A DNA stretch of 62,807 bases, counting the filler, from Octopus bimaculoides (taxonomy: Eukaryota): assembly GCF_001194135.2 (NCBI RefSeq). It is 4 parts of 3 records of this genome, joined end to end, with 100 filler letters (N's around TTAATTAATTAA, not from the genome) between each part and the next. Parts side by side here need not be neighbours in the genome. Positions count along the whole stretch, not along the records: positions 20,335 to 50,326 come from NC_068982.1; 3 more parts are not named here. One strand, written 5' to 3'. Position 1 is the stretch's first letter. Each line of letters starts with the position of its first letter. The notes under the pieces were generated by a model. It was not told where the DNA came from. It ran no database searches and saw nothing but the letters and a program-made list of their open reading frames with translations. Both the position numbers and the translations under genes were made by a program. Shown here in pieces: positions 23,176-35,145 of the stretch.

Positions 23176-23922
23176 GTATGGCTTTACATTTGCAATTAGT
23201 TAAAGTATTTCTTGTTTTTTCATGTTCTTCCTTGTTACTGAGCAAACCTGGGGTCAAAGGCATTTTAATTTTGTGGTTGGCATTAGGTATTAGAATCCAT
23301 AGAATTGGCATTAGAATCCATGTGAAAACAGACATGGAGCCTAAAAAGCTCTTTAACTGGTCAGTTTCTTAGAAAATTACCATTTCTAAATCTCACTATG
23401 TGAGATATTCAGCAACAGTACTTTGTAGTAAAGATTGTTTGCCAAAGTAACATGGCNNNNNNNNNNNNNNNNNNNNNNNNNNNNNNNNNNNNNNNNNNNN
23501 NNNNNNNNNNNNNNNNNNNNNNNNNNNNNNNNNNNNNNNNNNNNNNNNNNNNNNNNNNNNNNNNNNNNNNNNNNNNNNNNNNNNNNNNNNNNNNNNNNNN
23601 NNNNNNNNNNNNNNNNNNNNNNNNNNNNNNNNNNNNNNNNNNNNNNNNNNNNNNNNNNNNNNNNNNNNNNNNNNNNNNNNNNNNNNNNNNNNNNNNNNNN
23701 NNNNNNNNNNNNNNNNNNNNNNNNNNNNNNNNNNNNNNNNNNNNNNNNNNNNNNNNNNNNNNNNNNNNNNNNNNNNNNNNNNNNNNNNNNNNNNNNNNNN
23801 NNNNNNNNNNNNNNNNNNNNATGATTGTAGTGTGTATGTAACTATATTAACTTTTCTATTTCAGTTTCTCGATCATTTCTGAATTCACAGCTTATTAATA
23901 ATTGAATTATTTCTTCTTCTAG

Positions 23923-24056
23923 AGATTTATACTTCATTGAAAAGATTATCAATCAAATCAAAGACGTCATCGTTCATGAAAGACTCTCTGATCCCATCGT
24001 TGGGGTTGCTGNNNNNNNNNNAGGCTATCAATTCTGAGGGCATGTATGTTTTCCAG
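23923..24056 (+). CDS. TAF1C: TAF1C-like internal exon: (G)DLYFIEKIINQIKDVIVHERLSDPIVGVA[10-N gap]AINSEGMYVFQ
   Basis: Acceptor ttcttcttctAG (23921-22), donor GTatga at 24057, phase 2/0. HERLSDPIVGVA...VFQ matches recalled TAF1C QERLKAPTIGLAAV...LFQ. The frame is continuous if the 10-N gap (24012-24021) has true length 0 or a multiple of 3. Confidence 0.8.
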
Positions 24057-24092
24057 GTATGACTATGACTTATGTTATTTTTACTATACACA

Positions 24093-24610
24093 CCTTAACA
24101 GTGGAGGGAACCTGTGAAAGAGGTAGACCCAGGAAGACCTGGGATAAGGTGGTGAAGCACGACCTTCNNNNNNNNNNAGGTAGACCCAGGAAGACCTGGG
24201 ATAAGGTGGTGAAGCACGACCTTCGAATGTTGAGCTTCACGGAGGCAATGACAAGTGACTGAGACCTTTGGAGATATGGTGTGCTTCAGAAGACCTGTTG
24301 AGTCGAGCGAAATCATTGTCATGGCTGATGCCAGTACCGCCTCACTGGCATCCATGCTGGAGGCATATAAAAAGCATCATTCGAGCATGGTCGATGTCGG
24401 TCCCACTGGACTGACTCCTGTGCCAGTGGCACGTAAAAAGCACCATTCAAGCATGGTCAATGCCAGTACTGCCTNNNNNNNNNNNNNNNNNNNNNNNNNN
24501 NNNNNNNNNNNNNNNNNNNNNNNNNNNNNNNNNNNNNNNNNNNNNNNNNNNNNNNNNNNGTCCAACCCATGCCAGCATGGAAAGCAAACATTAAAAGATG
24601 ATGATGACAA
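24093..24610 (+). mobile_element. RTE-clade LINE 3' end (ORF end, 3' UTR, (GAT)n tail)
   Basis: VEGTCERGRPRKTW.KVVKHDLRMLSFTEAMTSD is a typical RTE C-terminus (GRPRKTW). It ends in gatgatgatgac. Confidence 0.85.
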
Positions 24611-24956
24611 CATCTGTTATCATTGAATTTGTTTTTGTATTTGAATGAATTCTTTCAAGACTAATTTTGTTTTGTTTGCCTTTGGAGAGATTTGCTCAAG
24701 ACACACACANNNNNNNNNNNNNNNNNNNNNNNNNNNNNNNNNNNNNNNNNNNNTCTGTGATTTTATTGAATGGTCCTTATTTAAGTGAGAGGCCAAATAA
24801 TTTTCTGTATTTTATAATTCAATCAGTTCTAAACAAACAACTTGTGATGTTGTTGTTTAATATATGTTTCATAATATGCATGACTAATTGTCATTATCAT
24901 CAATGTCTTTTGATAAGTGTGATTGGTCACCCAAGTTGTTAAAACAATTGTAAACC

Positions 24957-26124
24957 ATGAGGTGGTGAAGCACGACCTCCGAACATTAGGCCTCACCGAG
25001 GCAATGNNNNNNNNNNACATTAGGCCTCACCGAGGCAATGACTTGTGACCGTGACCTTTGGAAATAAGCTGTGCGTAAGAAGAACCGGCAGGCCAAGGCC
25101 TCTGCCAGGGATGTAGCCAGCCCACTTACGCGTAACATTCCTNNNNNNNNNNNNNNNNNNNNNNNNNNNNNNNNNNNNNNNNNNNNNNNNNNNNNNNNNN
25201 NNNNNNNNNNNNNNNNNNNNNNNNNNNNNNNNNNNNNNNNNNNNNNNNNNNNNNNNNNNNNNNNNNNNNNNNNNNNNNNNNNNNNNNNNNNNNNNNNNNN
25301 NNNNNNNNNNNNNNNNNNNNNNNNNNNNNNNNNNNNNNNNNNNNNNNNNNNNNNNNNNNNNNNNNNNNNNNNNNNNNNNNNNNNNNNNNNNNNNNNNNNN
25401 NNNNNNNNNNNNNNNNNNNNNNNNNNNNNNNNNNNNNNNNNNNNNNNNNNNNNNNNNNNNNNNNNNNNNNNNNNNNNNNNNNNNNNNNNNNNNNNNNNNN
25501 NNNNNNNNNNNNNNNNNNNNNNNNNNNNNNNNNNNNNNNNNNNNNNNNNNNNNNCCTGGCACGTGAAAAGTCATTCGAGCGAGATCGTTGCCAGTGCCGA
25601 TGGATCGGCTCCTGTGCAGGTGACACGTAAAATACACCATTTCGAGCATGGCTTTGGATCGTTACCAACGTTGCCTTCATGGCACTTGTGCCAGTGGCAC
25701 GTGAAAAGACATTCGAGCGAGATAATTGCCAGTGCCGATGGACTGGCTCCTGTGCCGGTGACACGTAATACACCATTTCTAGCGTGGCCTTTGCGAGTAA
25801 GACATCCGAGTGAGATCGTTGCCAGTGCCGATGGACTGGCTCCTGTGCAGGTGGCANNNNNNNNNNNNNNNNNNNNNNNNNNNNNNNNNNNNNNNNNNNN
25901 NNNNNNNNNNNNNNNNNNNNNNNNNNNNNNNNNNNNNNNNNNNNNNNNNNNNNNNNNNNNNNNNNNNNNNNNNNNNNNNNNNNNNNNNNNNNNNNNNNNN
26001 NNNNNNNNNNNNNNNNNNNNNNNNNNNNNNNNNNNNNNNNNNNNNNNNNNNNNNNNNNNNNNNNNNNNNNNNNNNNATGCTAGCAAGGAAAGCGGATGTT
26101 AAACGACAATGATGATGATGATGA
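24957..26124 (+). mobile_element. RTE-clade LINE 3' end with internally repeated 3' UTR
   Basis: Same family as 24093-24610, with tandem subunits at 25555-25856 and a (GAT)n tail. Other 3' fragments at 26557-26785 (-), 28170-28440 (-), 30010-30440, 30640-30810, 33745-33990, 36750-37010 (-), 39110-39525, 41860-42000, 43445-43900 (-) and 50026-50326 (-). Confidence 0.8.
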
Positions 26125-26885
26125 AATAAAAGTTATACCTTTAAATCCACTCTGTCTGGGAAGTAGCTTGCTTACCAACCACATGGTTGCGGGTTCATTC
26201 CCACTGCGTGNNNNNNNNNNNNNNNNNNNNNNNNNNNNNNNNNNNNNNNNNNNNNNNNNNNNNNNNNNNNNNNNNNNNNNNNNNNNNNNNNNNNNNNNNN
26301 NNNNNNNNNNNNNNNNNNNNNNNNNNNNNNNNNNNNNNNNNNNNNNNNNNNNNNNNNNNNNNNNNNNNNNNNNNNNNNNNNNNNNNNNNNNNNNNNNNNN
26401 NNNNNNNNNNNNNNNNNNNNNNNNNNNNNNNNNNNNNNNNNNNNNNNNNNNNNNNNNNNNNNNNNNNNNNNNNNNNNNNNNNNNNNNNNNNNNNNNNNNN
26501 NNAGCATGGCCGCAGTCAAATGACTGAAACAAGTAAAAGAGTATCTATATATCTATATCATCATCATCATCATTTAACATCCATTTTCCTTGCTGGCATT
26601 GGTTAGATGCCACCGGTACAGGTGCCCGTTATGTGACACCGGCATCGGCCATGATTANNNNNNNNNNGCCACCGGTACAGGTGCCCGTTATGTGACACCG
26701 GCATCGGCCATGATTACAATTTCTCTTGGCTCGACGAGTCTTCTCAAGCACGGCGTATTGCCAATAGTCTCAGTCACTTGTCATCNNNNNNNNNNNNNNN
26801 NNNNNNNNNNNNNNNNNNNNNNNNNNNNNNNNNNNNNNNNNNNNNNNNNNNNNNNNNNNNNNNNNNNNNNNNNNNNNNNNNNNNN

Positions 26886-28780
26886 AAATGTATAGAAATC
26901 TCTCTTCTGAATATGTGTGCCACTTATGAAAATTTCAGTTTGTTTTATTTACTTGTGACAATAACCACCATTTTTAAAATTTTTTTAAAAATCATGTGAA
27001 ATAGTGAAGATATTATATGCAAGCTCCATGAATAAATGATTAGTGTGTGAAAAAGAGAGATCATTTCTAACAAATGAGCTCTCCTAACTTCATTATTAAT
27101 GTGCTAATTTNNNNNNNNNNNNNNNNNNNNNNNNNNNNNNNNNNNNNNNNNNNNNNNNNNNNNNNNNNNNNNNNNNNNNNNNNNNNNNNNNNNNNNNNNN
27201 NNNNNNNNNNNNNNNNNNNNNNNNNNNNNNNNNNNNNNNNNNNNNNNNNNNNNNNNNNNNNNNNNNNNNNNNNNNNNNNNNNNNNNNNNNNNNNNNNNNN
27301 NNNNNNNNNNNNNNNNNNNNNNNNNNNNNNNNNNNNNNNNNNNNNNNNNNNNNNNNNNNNNNNNNNNNNNNNNNNNNNNNNNNNNNNNNNNNNNNNNNNN
27401 NNNNNNNNNNNNNNNNNNNNNNNNNNNNNNNNNNNNNNNNNNNNNNNNNNNNNNNNNNNNNNNNNNNNNNNNNNNNNNNNNNNNNNNNNNNNNNNNNNNN
27501 NNNNNNNNNNNNNNNNNNNNNNNNNNNNNNNNNNNNNNNNNNNNNNNNNNNNNNNNNNNNNNNNNNNNNNNNNNNNNNNNNNNNNNNNNNNNNNNNNNNN
27601 NNNNNNNNNNNNNNNNNNNNNNNNNNNNNNNNNNNNNNNNNNNNNNNNNNNNNNNNNNNNNNNNNNNNNNNNNNNNNNNNNNNNNNNNNNNNNNNNNNNN
27701 NNNNNNNNNNNNNNNNNNNNNNNNNNNNNNNNNNNNNNNNNNNNNNNNNNNNNNNNNNNNNNNNNNNNNNNNNNNNNNNNNNNNNNNNNNNNNNNNNNNN
27801 NNNNNNNNNNNNNNNNNNNNNNNNNNNNNNNNNNNNNNNNNNNNNNNNNNNNNNNNNNNNNNNNNNNNNNNNNNNNNNNNNNNNNNNNNNNNNNNNNNNN
27901 NNNNNNNNNNNNNNNNNNNNNNNNNNNNNNNNNNNNNNNNNNNNNNNNNNNNNNNNNNNNNNNNNNNNNCTGAAACAAATCAAAATGAAATAAGAAATCT
28001 TTAGAATTGCCACAGTAAAATTTTGTTTTTCAATGACCTTTTGAAATATATAAAGAATTTCAAATGTCAGATATGTGTTGCTAATAAAAATTATAATTTA
28101 GCAGACTATTAGCTTCATCTTTAACAAAGGGTAGATTGGCAAAACGGTTAGCATCATCACTTAAAACAGTTGTTATCATCACTGTCATTTAAAGTCCATT
28201 TTCCATGCTGGTATGGGATGGACAATTTGACACTGGTGACAGTGCCATGTATATAGCATTGGTGTTGGTGCCTTGGGAAAAGCACTGGTGATGCTGCCAC
28301 GTAAAACACACAGGATCCACACCAGGTTCCATAGAATGCTTTAACATGGTTTCTGCAGCTGGATGTCCTTCCTAATGCCAACCACTTTACATAGTGTACT
28401 GGGTGTGTTTTGCAAGGCACCAGCACCGGTACTTTTTACATGGCACCAGCACCTTGGTTTTAAAGTATGGGGGGAAAAAAAGCTTTGCAGTATTTGCTCA
28501 AGATCTTTACATTCTGAGTCCAAGTTCTGCCGTGGTTAGCTTTGCTTTTCATCTCTCTCTGAGGTTGATAAAATGAAATGTCACTAAAGTACTGATTGAT
28601 TAAGCAACTAATTCCCTTCCCTTCTCTTCAAAATGGACTTGGGCTTAAATCAGAAATCATTAATGAAAGAAACCTCCTATGAATTTGTAGAAGGAGTCCT
28701 TATAAAGAAGACAATGTTTCCAAAATGGTCAGAAAAGAGGCATGTACATGTTCCTTCTCTCTCTACTTTTCTTTTTCTTT
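26886..28780. repeat. Segmental duplicate of 34892-37342 (TAF1C 3' region and CNTLN last intron/acceptor)
   Basis: 26886-27110 equals 34892-35116 with 1 mismatch in 225 nt. 27970-28780 matches 36565-37342 with about 5 mismatches in the first 175 nt plus several indels. The middle (27111-27969) is a gap. Confidence 0.9.
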
Positions 28781-29016
28781 ATCTTTTATAAACTTGAAGT
28801 CACATATTAAATGTGATAGACTTAATCATTGTTTGATGGGACATCTCCACCTGACCTGTGGANNNNNNNNNNNNNNNNNNNNNNNNNNNNNNNNNNNNNN
28901 NNNNNNNNNNNNNNNNNNNNNNNNNNNNNNNNNNNNNNNNNNNNNNNNNNNNNNNNNNNNNNGCAGTTTTTTTATACTTCTTTTATTTTTCAAAATTAAG
29001 ATAAACAAAGTTGTTG

Positions 29017-29370
29017 TTAATCTAAAATATACTCTCCTTCATTGCTCTTCCATCTATCTGGTAGACTTGCAAAGCCCCTCTTACAAAATTCACTTGTCTA
29101 TGATGAAAAATACTCCTCCACTAGTGTTCTGGCCTTGTCTACAGAATTCATATTTTTTCCGTCCAAATGATTTTAAAAACTGTGGGATAAATGATAATCA
29201 GATGGGGCAATTTCCAGAGAATATGGTGGGTGGGGCATCGTTCCCCATTGAAACCGCTCCAGCCTTTAGAATGTCATCCTCGCTGTATGTGGACAAGCAT
29301 TATCCTGATGGAAGAACACCTTTCGTCTTGAAATCAAAGATAGCTGTTCTCCAATGGCACGCAGGTGTCA
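29017..29370 (-). mobile_element. Mariner transposase fossil (catalytic C-terminal half)
   Basis: Minus strand reads KVFFHQDNACPHTARMTF*RLERFQWGTMPHPPYSLEIAPSDYHLSHSF*NHLDGK...LPDRWKSNEGEYILD*, showing the HQDNA and HPPYSPDLAPSDY motifs with in-frame stops. Confidence 0.9.
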
Positions 29371-29819
29371 ATGAATGGTTGAATGACCAAATCCATGCTT
29401 TTCTGATAGTTCCTGGAAGTTAGTGTGTATCAACAGACTTGTTTCATGTGTGGAAGCCTTATTTCATTGTGTATCTTAATTGAGCTTTGTAGAAGCTCAT
29501 CAATTGATCAGCACTGAATCATTTCCTACCAATGCCCCATTCAACCCATGCCAACAGGGAAAACAGGCATAAAATGTTGATAGTGGTGATGATGATCTGG
29601 AGGAAGACTACTGTTTTGGGATATAATCTCAGTTATTTTATGTATGTGATGGGCATCAGAAAAGATCAAAGATTATGCAAACTAGCATTTGTAGTGACTT
29701 CAAAGGTTTTAAGCTCATGTTGTTCAGGATTAGAGAGTGCAAGATAATAAGATTATTGAAGTTTTGACTGAGAATAGAAATAAAGATATTCTAATTTTGA
29801 TTAAATTTTCATTTTACAG

Positions 29820-29983
29820 GAATATTTGAAAGTGTGAAAGGCCACGTGTTGTGTCAGCTCTGCATGCCTCAATGTCAGAACAATAATGTTGATTCTGATG
29901 ATGAAGAAATCATTACAGGAGTATGCAAGGCATGTAATACCTCTCTTTTGACTAGCAAACATCTACTTAGTGCTATTGAAGTG
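29820..29983 (+). CDS. TAF1C: Probable TAF1C-like C-terminal-region exon: IFESVKGHVLCQLCMPQCQNNNVDSDDEEIITGVCKACNTSLLTSKHLLSAIEV
   Basis: Strong acceptor ttttcattttacAG (29818-19), strong donor GTgagt (29984), phase 1/0, joins the 32007 exon in frame. Assignment to TAF1C is by position and strand only. At least one intervening exon (phase 0 to 1) was not found and probably lies in a gap. Confidence 0.65.
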
Positions 29984-31423
29984 GTGAGTATTAATCTCTC
30001 TTGATTTTCCTTTTTTAATCCTTGAGGGATTGTGTAGAAGGGGAGGGGTAGACCCAGCAAGACATGGGACAAAGTGATGAGAAAGGATCTTTAGATACTG
30101 GGCCTCGCAGAGGGGATGACAAGGGACCAAGACTCCTCGCAATTTACTGTGCTTGAGAAAATACACCCAGCTAAGTAAACGTGTGGTTGTCCTTGCATAC
30201 AGGCATGTCCCTTGCATCCCTCTCCAGCTGAATGTTCCTAATCTTGTGAGATCGTGGGTGCTAGTGTCACATAAAAAGCACCCATACTGTGCCGTATAAA
30301 TGCACCCAGTACACTTTGAAAGGTGGTTGGTATTAGGAAGGGCATCCAGTCATAGAAACCATGCCAAAACAGACATCGAGCTTCTGTCAAACTGTCCAGC
30401 CTATGCCAGCATGGAAAATGGACAGTAAATGATGATATAGATAACTTATCGAAAAAGCAATTTTTAAGTTAGGCTACATTCAAAGTGCACTAGTCACTCT
30501 GTTAGAAAATTGACCTCCAAATTATGAAATTTACACAAGGAAACTTAAAGGGATTTCTTTCTGTATATATTTAGTCATTATATTCGTGCTGGTAGCACGA
30601 ATATATTTAGTCATTATATTCGTGCTGGTAGCACATAAAAAAAGCACCAAGCACACTTTACAAAGTGGTTGGCATTAGGAAGGACATCCAGATGTAGAAA
30701 CCATACCAAAACACAAAACTGGAGCCTGGATAACTCTCCGGCTGGCCAGCTCCTATTGAACCATCCAACCCATGTCAGCATAGAAAATGGAGGTTAAACA
30801 ATGATGACGATATATGAATATTTTAATTACAGCCATTATAGAAATTCTGCATGTGAATGTATTTCTAATGCATTTTGTTTTCATATAACCTATGGATTTC
30901 CTAGTGTATGATCTGCTGAAATATTTTCTAAGACAAAAAGAAAGAAAAAAAAGCTTTTCACCCTGTGTCCTACACAACTATAACCTTAGATTCAGAACCA
31001 AAGTTTTAGTTTTTCAGGTTGTTGTGCTCTCTGCACTGCTCTGTAGCTGTGAGACTGGGACAACATAACATCAACCATCTAGCATTCAGATTATTCTGAA
31101 TTTATTTATTTTATTCTTTTACTTGTTTCAGTCATTTGAGCACTGTTGTGAAAGGTTTTAGTTGAACAAATAGACTCCAGGACTTATTTTTTTAAAGCCT
31201 AGTACTTATTCTATCAGTTTCTTTTGTGAAACTGTTAAGTAGCAGGGGTGTAAACACACCAATGCTGGTTGTCAAGCAGTGATGGTGGGGACAAACACAG
31301 TCACAAAGGCATATATATATATATATATATAGTTGAAATTTATAGAAATCAAAAAATGAAGACAGATGTATGAACAACAAGCAAGTGTATTAGTTTTTGA
31401 CATTCAGGGAAACTGAAAAAAGT

Positions 31424-31459
31424 CTTTTATGTTTCGAGTCTATACCCTTCAACAGAAAG
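31424..31459 (-). ncRNA. Degenerate hammerhead-like motif, family HH-C copy 1
   Basis: Minus strand reads CTTT-CTGTTGA-A-GGGT(ATAG)ACTC-GAAAC-ATA-AAAG. It lies within a ~190-bp repeat (31325-31500) that recurs at 38935-39095. Confidence 0.4.
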
Positions 31460-32006
31460 GAATAAGAGAAAATAAACAGAGAGAGAGAATGAAAAAAAAC
31501 TTGTAGATTTCAGCAGTCCAGTATGGCAAATATGATGGGCTTCTTTCAGTTTCCATCTACCAAATCCACTTATAAGGCTTTGGTCAACCCAAGGTGCCAT
31601 GCAGTGGGACTGAACCTGGAACCATGTGGTTGGGAAGTAAGCTTCTTTGCTACACAGCCACAACTGCATATTGTTTTCAATTGATTATGCATTATCTTGT
31701 AGCTTTGAAATTCTGATGATGTGATTATTTATGTTTTAGAATGACATTGTAGGATTTGTGTGAGAGGCTCGATTTGGCCAGTTTGAATATAAAGTAGGTT
31801 AGAATATTTGGGCTGGATTTGGCAGGTTTAAATGCTAAAGAATTATTTATATATGTTGACTCGAAAGATTTTGCCAAGTAAAACTACAATCAATCCTGAA
31901 ATTCAAATGGAGTGACTATGTCACAAAAGCTATTATTAAACTGATAATGATTGGAAAAAAGAAACTGTTTCACAAATATTATTGATTTTTCTTTCTTATT
32001 ATCAAG

Positions 32007-32255
32007 GACGGTATAATGAAATCATCTGGTGTCTCTTATAATGCCACGCCACCATCAATAGATAACCTGACAGGTGAAAACAAAAGACTGTCAAAGAAAT
32101 TATATAAACATTGGTATGACGTGGAGATGAGTTCTTCGGAAGAGGAAGAAGAAGTAGGAGAGGAAGAGGAAGTAGAAGGAGGAGAGGTCAATGGTCGTGA
32201 TGATGTACAAGACAGCTCAAATTCTACACCAAAGGAAACACCCATAAAAAGCTTT
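32007..32255 (+). CDS. TAF1C: Probable TAF1C-like acidic low-complexity exon: DGIMKSSGVSYNATPPSIDNLTGENKRLSKKLYKHWYDVEMSSSEEEEEVGEEEEVEGGEVNGRDDVQDSSNSTPKETPIKSF
   Basis: Pyrimidine tract plus AAG acceptor (32005-06), donor GTaagt (32256), 249 nt, phase 0/0, matching the upstream exon phase. The terminal exon is not visible and may lie in gap 34050-34806. AATAAA at 35037-35042 is a candidate poly(A) signal. Confidence 0.65.
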
Positions 32256-32629
32256 GTAAGTATATCTGTTATCATTTAGTATCATTGTGTGGTGAGAAGT
32301 TTACTTTCCAATCACATGGTCTTTGATTCAATCCCACTGCATGACACCTTGGGCAAGTGTCTCCTACATTAGCCCTACTTTGATCAAAGTCTTTTCAGTG
32401 GCTTTTGTAGATGGAACTCAAAAAGAATCCTATTGTATATATACTCTTTTACCTGTTTCAGTCTTTTGACTGTGGCCATGCTGGAGCACCGCCTTTAGTC
32501 GAGCAAATCGACCCCAGGACTTACTCTTTGTAAGCCTAGTACTTATTCTATCGGTCTCTTTTGCCGAACGCTAAGTTACGGGGACATAAACACACCAGCA
32601 TCAGTTGTCAAGCGATGTTGGGGGCACAA

Positions 32630-32660
<31 letters not shown>

Positions 32661-35145
32661 CGACGGGCTTCTTTCAGTTTCCGTCTACCAAATCCACTCA
32701 CAAGGCTTTGGTCGGCCCGAGGCTATAGTAGAAGACACTTGCCCAAGATGCCACGAAAATTTTAAAATAAACTCAAATTAAAAAAAGCAGATTGAATTTT
32801 ATGGATCTTTTAACTGAAACTCTTAACTGCACTTAATTTTAGTACTTAAACAAATTTTTATCGCGGAACTTTCCAGGAAGTAATTCCCCCTGCTCGGAAT
32901 TGTCTAGGAAGTCATTTGCACCCCCTCGCGTTTCAATCTATGCACCCATCTCCACATCTGTGATTTTTCACGCTAATGCACCCAGCCGTTTAGCTGTGAA
33001 CCTCGAGACAAGAAAGAATACAACAGTCGCCCATGTTCAATTTATATTATAGATGTATGTATGTATGTCTATTTATATATGTGTGATACTATATCCTGGT
33101 CTTGACTTCATGTGACAGTTGTAAAAATAATGTCACTGTTATGCAAGCAGTGTCTTTTGTTTTTTTCCAATTTGCTATGTAAACATGTTTAGTGATGGGG
33201 AATATAACCTTATTTGGAAACAGGTGAGGGTTGATCACAGGAAGGGAATCCATTCATAAAATATCTCACTCAGTGAATTTCTTTCAGTCCATGCATGGAA
33301 AAGTGGACCTTAAAAGAGTGATGATACTGCTATATGGCATGTTCTTGCAGTTGTATCAACGTACTAAACCTCTGATTAAATAACACAACATCTGATTTAT
33401 AAAATTACTCTCTTGTAAATATGGGCAGTAGTAAATATTATTAAACTCTCTTCTAAATGTATGTATCATTATCTTGATCATCATAACGTCTGCCTTTCCA
33501 TCAGGCGTTGAGCTGACCAGGTCCACTGGTACTCTCCAATGTGTGTGCTTAATAATAATAAGCCTCTTTGTCTCATCTGAATTTATGCGTACTAAATAAA
33601 CATCTCTCTCATTTAAACCCCTCTGCTATGTTTAAATGTGTGTGTTAGATATAACCTCTATCATCTAATTCTGTGTGCCTTGTAAATCTTATAAACCTCG
33701 CTCTCTCTCATTTATGAAAATGTGCCTGTGCTGCCTCATTGGTTCCCATGCCTGTGGCATGTGAAATGCACCATTTGAACGTGGTCAATGCCAGTACTAC
33801 CTGACTGTCCCCCCCACCCCCGTGCTGGTGGCATGTAAAAAGCACCCACTACACTCTTGAAGTTGTTGGTGTTAGGAAGGGCATCCAGCTGTAGAAACCA
33901 TGCCTGATCAAATTGGAGCCTGGTGCAGCCTCAGTCAAATTGTCCAACCCATGCCAGCATGGAAGGCAGACATTAACCGATGATGATGATGTACCTATTC
34001 TATTCTAAATATCTGTATAACTTGGTAAGAAATAAATTTTATTATCTTTNNNNNNNNNNNNNNNNNNNNNNNNNNNNNNNNNNNNNNNNNNNNNNNNNNN
34101 NNNNNNNNNNNNNNNNNNNNNNNNNNNNNNNNNNNNNNNNNNNNNNNNNNNNNNNNNNNNNNNNNNNNNNNNNNNNNNNNNNNNNNNNNNNNNNNNNNNN
34201 NNNNNNNNNNNNNNNNNNNNNNNNNNNNNNNNNNNNNNNNNNNNNNNNNNNNNNNNNNNNNNNNNNNNNNNNNNNNNNNNNNNNNNNNNNNNNNNNNNNN
34301 NNNNNNNNNNNNNNNNNNNNNNNNNNNNNNNNNNNNNNNNNNNNNNNNNNNNNNNNNNNNNNNNNNNNNNNNNNNNNNNNNNNNNNNNNNNNNNNNNNNN
34401 NNNNNNNNNNNNNNNNNNNNNNNNNNNNNNNNNNNNNNNNNNNNNNNNNNNNNNNNNNNNNNNNNNNNNNNNNNNNNNNNNNNNNNNNNNNNNNNNNNNN
34501 NNNNNNNNNNNNNNNNNNNNNNNNNNNNNNNNNNNNNNNNNNNNNNNNNNNNNNNNNNNNNNNNNNNNNNNNNNNNNNNNNNNNNNNNNNNNNNNNNNNN
34601 NNNNNNNNNNNNNNNNNNNNNNNNNNNNNNNNNNNNNNNNNNNNNNNNNNNNNNNNNNNNNNNNNNNNNNNNNNNNNNNNNNNNNNNNNNNNNNNNNNNN
34701 NNNNNNNNNNNNNNNNNNNNNNNNNNNNNNNNNNNNNNNNNNNNNNNNNNNNNNNNNNNNNNNNNNNNNNNNNNNNNNNNNNNNNNNNNNNNNNNNNNNN
34801 NNNNNAAATGTTGAGATGGTATATGGTAGTTTTATTTGACAAGTGCCAAATAGTTATTAACCAATAACTGATTAATGAATGCTTCTTTACTAAATGTATA
34901 GAAATCTCTCTTCTGAATATGTGTGCCACTTATGAAAATTTCAGTTTGTTTTATTTACTTGTGACAATAACCACCATTTTTAAAATTTTTTTAAAAATCA
35001 TGTGAAATAGTGAAGATATTATATGCAAGCCCCATGAATAAATGATTAGTGTGTGAAAAAGAGAGATCATTTCTAACAAATGAGCTCTCCTAACTTCATT
35101 ATTAATGTGCTAATTTTTCATTCACCATCATTTCAAAATGTACAA

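Noticed and set aside
25555-25856. CRISPR-like repeat/spacer appearance
   Set aside because: The subunits are all mutually homologous, with no unique spacers. The context is a eukaryotic LINE UTR with no cas genes.
28725-29423. 232-aa plus-strand ORF
   Set aside because: It spans a gap and is antisense to the mariner fossil.
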